A DNA stretch of 64,000 nucleotides, taken from Magallana gigas (Eukaryota). This document shows positions 11,601 through 20,612 of this stretch, one piece after another. A model generated the notes under the pieces. It was not told the origin of the DNA. It was given only the letters and a program-made list of their open reading frames with translations, and searched no databases. Both the position numbers and the translations under genes were made by a program. Within the stretch, counting starts at the first letter, position 1. Every line of letters starts with the position of its first letter. The stretch is from the NCBI RefSeq assembly GCF_963853765.1, contig NC_088862.1:1488001-1552000 (forward strand), in the 5' to 3' direction.

Positions 11601-12595
11601 ATTGGCCTGGAATCTCCCGTATCTATGCTATGTTCTATTGTGGTGAAATTTCCTAGGTCAAATTCATTTGTTGCGAATACATCAGAGTATGAATGAAGAA
11701 CTGCTTGAAGTAGGTCCCTCTCTTCTGAGGAAAGGTGTTCTGAAGACCTAGCCAAAAGATCTTTCAAATGATCTGGTATCTCAACATCTGAGGAATCTGT
11801 GGTGGATTCTACTTTCTGGATTTTCACTGTCTCTGGATCACTGTCTGGCAAGACTTCATGTATAGAGTGAGCAAATCCCACTACTTGACCCTGCTTTAAC
11901 TTAACTTGTTTATTGGTCAAGTTAATCAGACAGAGAACAGGCGTTGATCCTCCTGTATGTAATGATCGTGGAGATAAGATAGAATTAAACTCTATTGGTT
12001 CAATAACGTAATCGCATGACATGACTGCACTACAAGGCAACCTCAGCACAGAACAAGGTGGCACTATTGCATTATTTGAAACTTTAACTTCTGCCACTTG
12101 TAAATTGCTGCAGCTGTCTATAGAACAACTCATGCGAAAACGCCCATGACCAATCTCGAGTTTACCATTACTCATATTGATGATTGCTCCATGCTGATAA
12201 AGAAAATCCAGTCCCAGTAACATATCATCTTCCACTGGTGCTACGTATACTTCATTTCCTGGAAATGTTTGCGACCCGATAACTATACTTACCGGCCCAA
12301 CCTTGTAACCAGACATCTTAAGATCCCGTCCTGCTGTATGTAAGATTACTTTACTCAAGGTAGGTGGTTTTACCTTGAGAGATTTATAGAGCCCGTCTGA
12401 GATTATGGTCACTTGAGCTGCGGTATCAATAATCGCTGCCACAGGTACCCCATTAATACTCAGATTAACTTTGATATTTGACGAGGACCTCATTCGTCTG
12501 ATAAATATCTCATTGGCCGGTCTTGTAACGTCTGCTAGGCCGCTGATATCAGGGATCGAAGAATGGCCTAATGCCCCGACCCCTTGTCGTTTCCC
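8654..12595 (-). CDS. pol: Pol polyprotein (aspartic protease, RT, RNase H, integrase, C-terminal PHD finger), probably made as Gag-Pol by -1 frameshift
   Basis: Protease [18 protein letters not shown], RNase H ILDTDAS and TDHSSL, integrase H-H-C-C plus [22 protein letters not shown], a WKGP motif, and the C4HC3 PHD [33 protein letters not shown]. The frame is open from the slippery site at 12595 (first Met at 12493). Confidence 0.96.
   Translation of the reverse strand, partial: [1313 protein letters not shown]
12535..12595 (-). promoter_or_regulatory. -1 programmed ribosomal frameshift signal: G GGA AAC heptamer plus H-type pseudoknot
   Basis: The heptamer (12589-12595) is in the gag frame, and a -1 slip enters the open pol frame. 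Stem 1 is AGGGGUCGGGG/CUUCGAUCCCU. Loop UAGGCC pairs with downstream GGCCUA. Confidence 0.85.
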
Positions 12596-15498
12596 TCTGG
12601 CTTAGCACCGTCTTCGAAGGACACTGATTTTGAAGGTTTATTCAATGCCTTAAGACTTGGACAAGCATTTCGGAAATGTCCAGTCCCTCCACAATGAAAA
12701 CATCTCAGATCTGGAGAGGGAGAGCGTGATGGAGACCTTGTCCGCTCAAAATTCCTCTGAGGACTCCGATTAAATCTGAATCTTTGTGGGCTTGCAGGCC
12801 TCTCTCTCACCAAAGCCTCCATCTTTTTCATAACGGCTTCAATACTACTGGCCAAAGATCCCATTTGATCCTCTAATTTGGTCATCCTTTGAGTAACTCC
12901 TTCTCCTTGAGATCTAGGAGGTCTTACTTGAGCGACGGTAGCGTGAGAACATGCAGATAATTCTGCATCTTCACCACAAACCGTAACTTCTCTTATATCC
13001 CTCCTTCCCTTTCCATAGATGGCATAATGATTATATTGGAAACTCTTGAGATTGTCAATAGTTTCCTCTATAGTCAACGGATGGAGATTAATGGCGTATT
13101 GCCCAGCCTCTTTGTCTGTGCATCCATGACATATACGCTTAATCGCTTGTTTAAGCATATAGTCCTCAGGTAGACCTTCATAAGCTCGAAGAGCCAGCTG
13201 AAAAACACGATCAGCCCACTCTTCCAGTCTTTCTCCAGACTCCTGAGACAAAGAATTGATTTTAAGCTGTGCAGTCTCAGGGATTTCTTTATAGCCAAAC
13301 CTTTTCTCCATTTTTTGCATAAGGTGACCAAACCCAATGTCTCCGTCCTGTGAGATGATAGTGGCGTAATATTCACTTGCCCTACCCTCCAAACACCATC
13401 CCAAGTAATCTCGTGATTCTTGGGGCCTCCAATTTCTGATCTCAGAAAACCGAGTAAACTTTTGTTGGAAAGCCTTCCAAGAATCTAAACCATCAAATTT
13501 CAATGTTTTTGGTAATGTATCTATGCGGTCAGCTCTTCTGGGTTGCTGGTTTATGTTTGCCTCAACTGGCTGTTGTGGTTGTGGTGGTTGTTGTATGTTT
13601 TGTTCTTGTTGTTGTGCATGTGGAATTGGTGGTTGTACAATATTTTGCACATGCATGTTTGCTGGTCTCTGAGGTTGCTGCTGTTGATGATGCAAGATGT
13701 GAGGTGGGAATGGCGTATGTGGTGCGGGTGTTTGTGGCTGAGGCTGAGCTGCATATGCTTGTGGTACATGTATTTGTTGTTGCTGTGCATGTAACTGCGG
13801 CATAGTTTGTACATTAAGTGGTATGTGTTGTGGCATTTGAATCATGTTTGTTGCCTGTTGTTGCAGTTGCTGCTGAGCAGGCACTGCCAGTTGGTGCACC
13901 TGATTTTGAGTTGGCTGATGTTGTACTGTAAATTGTGGTACATGATTTTGTGCCAATTGTTGTTGAAATGCATTTTGAGGTTGCTGAAATGCATGTTGTG
14001 GTTGCTGAAACGCATGTGGTGGTTGCTGAAATGCATGTTGTGGTTGCTGAAATGCATGTTGTGGTTGCTGAAATGCATGTTGTGGTTGCGGAAATGCATG
14101 TTGTGGTTGCGGAAATGCAGTGTTTGTGTGCCATTGTGTTGGTTGATGATATTGAATGGCATTGCTCAGAGCTTGATTTTGTGAATGTGCCACATTGTAT
14201 GTGTTCTGATGAATGTCATGTTGCTGTGGCAGTAAAAACTGGTTTGGATTGAACTGAACTTGCGGATATGATGGTTGCATAACATTGAGGTTAACACCCT
14301 GACCGCTAAACGGTAGATAACCGCTTTGGGGTAAAGGTGTACCTACAGTAGATGGTAACATGCTAGGAATTGCACCCATGCCATTAACTGGTAAATAACC
14401 GCTTTGTGGCATAGTTGCAGCCGTGGCATATGATACCATATTGGGATTTACAAACTGAGCATTTGGTACAGATGTACTGTTGTTTGGTTGCACATTATTA
14501 ATCATACCCTGAGATGCGGGTATGCCAGTGTAAGATGGTACCGACCCCTGGACACCAACCAGTAGGGGATTGCCAGATGTCTGTGACGGTAACCCACTAA
14601 CACTTGCATAACTTGATGTGACTTGATTTGGTAAGATTAAACCATGAGTACTTGACGGCATGTTTCCGACCTGTGTCTGGGAGTACGTACCCATAGCCAT
14701 AGACGCAACTTGTTCAGTTGGCATCAAACCATGTGCACCCGCCGGTAATATATAACCGCCCTGTGCCGCGGAATGAACACCAACTGATACATTTGTGTCA
14801 AATATTTCAGATTTGACAGGGACACCTGGTGTAGTACATACCCCAGATGACTCTGACCCAGTGATCTGAGAATGTTGAGTTGACATTTTGGGGAAAGGTG
14901 CACTTGGAATGCTACCATATGTAAATATGCCTGTAGTAGGTTGCATAGTCGACCCTTGAGGCACACCGGTATAGAGTGTACAAGGAACATTATTTAACAT
15001 AGTGTTTTCTGGTTCACTCTTAAACCCTGTACTCGTCGACACAGCAGGCCAGTTAAGTGATAATGTTTTTGGCCTAACATCCTTTGCCCCACTTTTCTCC
15101 CTGTTCTTGGTATCTATCATCTCTACCACCTGTGAACTGAGTGCACTAGGAGTAGTAGGAACAATTATTTCCTTTGATACATGCACCCCATTCACAGGCT
15201 CAAGAGATGTTAGAACTTCACTTTCTGGGAAAGATGGTGATAACTGCAAGTTATCCATCTGATTTTGAAGGGAAAAATTCAAATCTGGGTTTTCTTCATA
15301 GTTTATTACACCTGCATCTTCATCTGCAATCTTCGCGTGTTTAACTTGTTGTAATTCCTGGAGATTACGGATGTTTCCGGACGTTTCACGAAAAGCCACG
15401 ATGTTTTTGGCTACTGCAGGGCCCACTCCTCTGATCGTTTGGAGTGTATCGACATCAGCAAAATTAATACGAACGGCGTTTTCGCCACCTTGTGCCAT
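12568..15498 (-). CDS. gag: Gag, 976 aa: N-terminal ComEA-like helix-hairpin-helix, long Gln/Pro-rich region, capsid-like domain, CCHC knuckle
   Basis: N-terminus VRINFADVDTLQTIRGVGPAVAKNIVAFRETSGNIRNLQELQQVK, capsid-like KFDGLDSWKAFQQKF..LEGRASEYY, and zinc knuckle CFHCGGTGHFRNAC. Confidence 0.93.
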   Translation of the reverse strand: MAQGGENAVRINFADVDTLQTIRGVGPAVAKNIVAFRETSGNIRNLQELQQVKHAKIADEDAGVINYEENPDLNFSLQNQMDNLQLSPSFPESEVLTSLEPVNGVHVSKEIIVPTTPSALSSQVVEMIDTKNREKSGAKDVRPKTLSLNWPAVSTSTGFKSEPENTMLNNVPCTLYTGVPQGSTMQPTTGIFTYGSIPSAPFPKMSTQHSQITGSESSGVCTTPGVPVKSEIFDTNVSVGVHSAAQGGYILPAGAHGLMPTEQVASMAMGTYSQTQVGNMPSSTHGLILPNQVTSSYASVSGLPSQTSGNPLLVGVQGSVPSYTGIPASQGMINNVQPNNSTSVPNAQFVNPNMVSYATAATMPQSGYLPVNGMGAIPSMLPSTVGTPLPQSGYLPFSGQGVNLNVMQPSYPQVQFNPNQFLLPQQHDIHQNTYNVAHSQNQALSNAIQYHQPTQWHTNTAFPQPQHAFPQPQHAFQQPQHAFQQPQHAFQQPPHAFQQPQHAFQQPQNAFQQQLAQNHVPQFTVQHQPTQNQVHQLAVPAQQQLQQQATNMIQMPQHIPLNVQTMPQLHAQQQQIHVPQAYAAQPQPQTPAPHTPFPPHILHHQQQQPQRPANMHVQNIVQPPIPHAQQQEQNIQQPPQPQQPVEANINQQPRRADRIDTLPKTLKFDGLDSWKAFQQKFTRFSEIRNWRPQESRDYLGWCLEGRASEYYATIISQDGDIGFGHLMQKMEKRFGYKEIPETAQLKINSLSQESGERLEEWADRVFQLALRAYEGLPEDYMLKQAIKRICHGCTDKEAGQYAINLHPLTIEETIDNLKSFQYNHYAIYGKGRRDIREVTVCGEDAELSACSHATVAQVRPPRSQGEGVTQRMTKLEDQMGSLASSIEAVMKKMEALVRERPASPQRFRFNRSPQRNFERTRSPSRSPSPDLRCFHCGGTGHFRNACPSLKALNKPSKSVSFEDGAKPEGNDKGSGH
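13960..14120 (-). repeat. 21-bp coding tandem repeat in gag (PQHAFQQ x about 7-8)
   Basis: gttgctgaaatgcatgttgtg units on the plus strand translate as PQHAF(P/Q)Q. Confidence 0.9.
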
Positions 15499-16246
15499 TT
15501 TGTGATATCTGATGGTTTACAATGTTTTATAATAGATAGCAATAGCTAATAACAAATGAAAACGATTTGAGTAATCTTTGGAATAAATTTTTGAAAAATT
15601 TTTAAGTCAAAAAAGTCGAAAATAAAATTGCCAAAAAATTAGAGAATTATAAAACGTATTGACGTACAATAATGCACTTCAAATAATTGAAAATGTATAA
15701 TCTATTCGCAAAAACTTAGAATCTAAATGAAAAACAAGTACTAATAAATGAAAACCTCGAAAAAATTCAAAACCGGAAGTTATAAACAGTTGTTTACATT
15801 TAACCGGAAAGGTATTCCCCCGATACGTCACAAAATGGCGCCAAATATTTATAAAACAAAATGGCGTCCGTCAAAATGACATGAGGTTTGACAATAATAC
15901 GAATTTTGCGAAATTACTTAAGGAATAGAATATTTACTAAATTTTCGTCGATAGTACGTTTAACAACGCAAGAAACCGACAAATTACAAATGAAATTATA
16001 AGTGAGTTCTGTACACCACGTTATGTATATCACCACGTGCTATAACTGTCAGCACGTCGTGACAAAAATAGAAATACACTAATAATATGAACACAGTCAA
16101 ATTGTAGGAATAACGCACCTGACGCTTATAATAAACGTCCAATGCAAACAAATATTCCTAAGACGACAATGTGATACAAAAAATCCAACCGGCAATATGT
16201 TATCACCGTGTGGTCAAAAATATACAAAGATAAACAAAAATGTTTA

Positions 16247-16258
16247 CCGGCGACGCCA
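16247..16258 (-). other. Primer-binding site
   Basis: Minus strand TGGCGTCGCCGG begins 1 nt after the CA of the 5' LTR. TGG is complementary to the tRNA CCA end. The primer tRNA is not identified (a G discriminator would fit Ser). Confidence 0.8.
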
Positions 16259-16259
16259 A

Positions 16260-16517
16260 TGTTGTGTAGCCGAGAAACTACAAAACATATAGTTCAAATA
16301 TCTGGTGTCTTACCTGACAATATGCGGCAGACAACAGACAATGGTAAAAATATATAAGGAAAAACAGGGTAACAGGTGTGGTGCGGTATACGGCAGGATC
16401 AGAACTGGAGCTCCAGTAGATTGGGGTGGACCATGTGACATCAGGGTAGACCAGGGTTAGAGGTCATACATAAACATTAGCATACGTTGGGAGAATACAG
16501 TACGTGTTTACACTACA
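16260..16517 (-). repeat. 5' LTR (258 bp)
   Basis: Direct repeat of 5565-5822. Confidence 0.97.
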
Positions 16518-17258
16518 TATCTAATTTTAAAAATATTCGAAGCATAATATCAAATTAATTTCTTGTATATTTGAAGTAACAACTGTGTGAACTGCTATGA
16601 GTGATATGACACGATTAGGATTTTTCGTTTAATAATAGCGAGCGCAGCTCGCCGGCGCGAGCGAAGCGGGCTCTAAGAACCAGTGTGCGCGGGAAAAAGA
16701 ACGAGCTAAACCTACAGTTCATCAAACAATTTTTTTTGTCTCCGTCCCATAATGCTCTCTAATGTTTACAGTGACTTAAAGTTTGAAGACACGTTTTGGC
16801 GAGACTCAAAAGATTTGTTACATGCTTCCATACCTCCGTAATGAGTCGAGAAACGTAAACAAAGACGAACAAAGTCATGGATGACGTCACAGTGCACTCG
16901 CGCTATATTTCCCGCGATAAATTTAGAGGTGGATCAAACATTTGTAATGCGTGTACTAGCTATTTCAGTACAGACTGCGATACCCGCCTCATTGACGTAT
17001 GATTTGTTTTTAATTTTTTTTAATATAGAGATTTTATGTATATATATTAGCAAGAGCCATACTTTACTGTCATATCGATCCATTTTTAAGCTAATTGTGC
17101 ATGAATTAGTAAGGAGGAAATAAACAATAGGACATTTTGAAATAAATCAAAAAGGAATAAAATAAAAAAATAAACAGTTAAAAAAATTATGTAGATATGG
17201 GATATACTCAGACCATTAAATTTAAAAGTGGGAAATTACACACCTACAAACAGGTACC

Positions 17259-17261
<3 letters not shown>

Positions 17262-17337
<76 letters not shown>
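17262..17337. repeat. (CT)n microsatellite
   Basis: About 38 perfect CT units. Shorter (CT)n tracts occur at about 20576-20610 and about 52853-52899. Confidence 0.95.
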
Positions 17338-17339
<2 letters not shown>

Positions 17340-18960
17340 GAAGTGGGTTGCGCTGTATGTATCATAACCATTAAAATTAGTACCTTTGGCATACTTATTG
17401 TAGAGCAATATACTCTCTCAAAAATTCTTTGACGTTCGTTGATACCTAAATAAAATTATAAGTTGACAATGATGCAAGGTATGTGTATAATTCTTGCTGC
17501 GCTCGCCAGAACGGTAGCACCGTAAAACATATTATACATTTGTATTTTTTTCTTTCCAGTTTTTTTCCAGGAAGCTAAGTAAAAAATAAAAAAAAATAAG
17601 GCTTTAACAATTTTGACCATGATTAACTGGAAAGAATTGACGCTTTGATATACGAGGAGCTTCATAAAATTGAGTCCATACTTCAACGGGTACGTCGAAC
17701 AAACACACAGTGTCTTACAGAATACCCAACAGTTCCTCCACTGAAAATCACAAACGTACAAAATTATAATGTATAACATTTAAATTGTTAACAAGATTAG
17801 CATGCTGAATCAAAATATGTCAGCTTGGTAACAAGAGAAATCTGCATGATTATAAAAAAAAGTTTTGGCACAATTTTCACCCAAGCGTAAGTTTTTGGTT
17901 CCTTATTTTTATTCTGAATCATTATTTTTTTTTTTTTTTTTTTTGGGGGGGGGGGGGGTTTGGGATAGATTTTATTGTGCTAGCTTAATTTACCAATACA
18001 TTTAAAGCTTTATCATATAAATGTCGTTATAAGATGGAACCCCATTACCCAAATATATATTTCTACAAAAATTTTCCATGAAAAGCTATCTCGTAGCCAT
18101 TTACACTTATGATTTAAAAGGTCACATGAGCACCTTCGAGTCGGATGCTTACGACCATAATCTTCACGTGAATTCTGTATTCACTTAGAAATCAGCGCTG
18201 GCAGTAAGTCATTTGTCAACAAATGAACTTATACAATGCAGTTGAAGAAATAGAATTTGTATCATATTAAAATGAGTGTTTGTAAATGTGAGCATGGGAT
18301 TAGTAGATAATGATTTAAATATTTTTGTGTGTACAAAAAGCTTGAAAAAAAAAATCATTATACCCCTCCTGACGCAATTTGAAAAACTAGCATTTTCTAA
18401 ACGTACTAGTATTTTTTGTAGTAACCCATGATGCATTTCAACTCATTCAAATGTCATTCAGCTGATTGGTCAGTTTGTAGATTACGTTGGTGCCTCATTT
18501 AGTACGTAAATTTATTCCGATGTCACATAACATAGTTTCCTCGACCTCTTAATGTCATCCGTGCCGAAGTATCAAATATCATAAACTCGCTATGCTTGTT
18601 TTGATCATGTGACAGACTATTTTTCCCGCGTTGACAGAGGTGTAAGCAAAGCTTGTGTAGCACGACCTCTGGCGGAAGAATAACATCAGGGATGTTTCAT
18701 TTTTATGAATAGTTTTTACAACTTAAATTATAAAACTTTCAAAAAATCAATTCCCAAAATGAACTTCCATACACAATTAAAACCCATGTTCTACAGAAAT
18801 GCTAATTTAGTCTGCTTCTTTTTAAAATTACCAAAAACACATATCAGTTGCAATGTTAAGAAACATTTTGTTGTTGTTGAATAAATAATGCATTACTGGC
18901 CACTTAATGTAATTGGTTCAAAGCAAACTAGCATTTTAACTACTTGTGATGCTTACATAC

Positions 18961-19925
18961 CTCAGTGGTATACCCCCTACGGGGAAGTACCATGAAGGAA
19001 GGCCAGATTCTAGTTGTTCAGGAGTTCTAATGCGAGTCACACAGCTTTTGTCTGAATAAGTGTACTCCATTGCTTAAATGTGAATCAAAGACATAAACAT
19101 AGTTAAAAGGGGGTCAAAATGGCGTTTAAAACATTGTTAGATAACAATGCCTCTGTGATTTTAATCAAAATATTATAATTGCAATATATTGCAACTGTCT
19201 TAGAGCAGTTTTCATTCTAAACAGTGATATTATAATTGAATATTAACCAGAGGTATCGGCAATGAAAAGTTATACGAGCACAGAAAAGTGGAATAAAGGA
19301 ATTCAATTCATATTCAACCGCAATAATCATTAAGAATGTGTACGTTTTGTTTATGTAATGATTTGTGCATACAATAATACTGAGATAAAATCAAACTAAA
19401 CTCACAAGAGCAGCATTTAATGTAGAAAGGTCCTTCTTGGGGAATTCTTGTCCATCCACTGACATAGCCCTTGTTTTTACAGATAGTTCCCCGAGGTCTT
19501 CTTGCCGATATAAATACACCTGTTGATAGAGGAACTCGATTACCGGCTTGCTATTTCAGGTGAATAATTTCATATTCAGAACTTTGGATTTTGTACAAAA
19601 ATGAAAAAAGAAACGAAAAGACGATCGAAGCTGATTGAAACAAACAAGAGGAGATTTCGAAGCTTTAAATGACTGTCTGTACGAATTATCTGCAAAAGGA
19701 GCAAATGAATTAACTAATTAATTCATGCTAGCGCTTCCAGAACTTCATATAGAGAACTGTAGACGAACCCTGTAGCGAGCAATGGACAGGCCCGGGGGCG
19801 GGGACACAGCTCGGAGTCCCGAACGGAGGACCGTCAACAAACGTGACCATTCCATTCTCCGGACAGAACTTGGCTTCCGGTTCGAAGAGTTCCGGTTCGG
19901 CGTCTGCAAAAAGGTCCCCATCTTT
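18961..19925 (-). CDS. Three internal exons of an unidentified Cys-containing protein (partial gene)
   Basis: Exons 19769-19925, 19406-19519 and 18961-19051 have AG/GT ends and compatible phases. They give KDGDLFADAEPELFEPEAKFCPENGMVTFVDG..SCVP..HCSLQGVFISARRPRGTICKNKGYVSGW..IKCCSYKSCVTRIRTPEQLESGLPSWYFPVGG. Start and stop exons were not established. Confidence 0.5.
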
Positions 19926-20573
19926 CTGTGTAACAATTGATTTCACACGGATAATAAAGTACTAAATGGAAGGTCAAGGAGAAATATCACATTTATGTGT
20001 TTATTTAAACAATAAAATGCTTGTTTTGATGATTCATGAAGGTAACGGCATTTCAGAAAAGAAAATTACATAACCCGCTAGGTTTAACGCGGGTTATGTA
20101 TTTTTTTTCAGCAATGATCGCTAACTTCATAACCAGCATGAATCGTTTAAAAAGCAGTTTATTTTTCATATAAAATATTACATCTTCCATTTCACAAGTT
20201 CAAAAAAATGTCGAAATATTAAGTAAGGGTAACTAAATTATTGTGAATATGCATCAGAATGTTAGATTTAAAAAAAAAACCCAAATCGTCTTATATGGGA
20301 ATACGACTCTGATATCTCCATGATTTTTGTGCAGTCCGTGACAAATATAACCAATGAAACATAAAGATATAAAATATTGCTGTTAAGTATACTACGCCCA
20401 ATTTCTGAACGCACTCGTCAATAAAGATATCTTTAAAACTTCAATTAATCTGGTATAACTACATTTATATACCCATCTGCAGTGTATACTGGCATACAAA
20501 AATCAGAGTACTGAAGTACTGAAAGCTGTGCTCTTTTGGTGTGTCTTTATGCATATTGTGTAGTAAAGACTGA

Positions 20574-20612
<39 letters not shown>

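Larger units (their letters stand above)
5565..16517 (-). mobile_element. Full-length young Ty3/Gypsy LTR retrotransposon (10,953 bp) with gag, pol and an extra TatD nuclease ORF
   Basis: Two 258-bp direct repeats with TG...CA ends, a PBS next to the 5' LTR, a PPT next to the 3' LTR, and uninterrupted gag and PR-RT-RH-IN pol ORFs. Confidence 0.97.

Noticed and set aside
13074-14990. Many overlapping short ORFs (His/Asn-, Thr-, Val- and Leu/Trp-rich) on both strands
   Set aside because: They are alternative-frame shadows of the Gln-rich gag repeat region.
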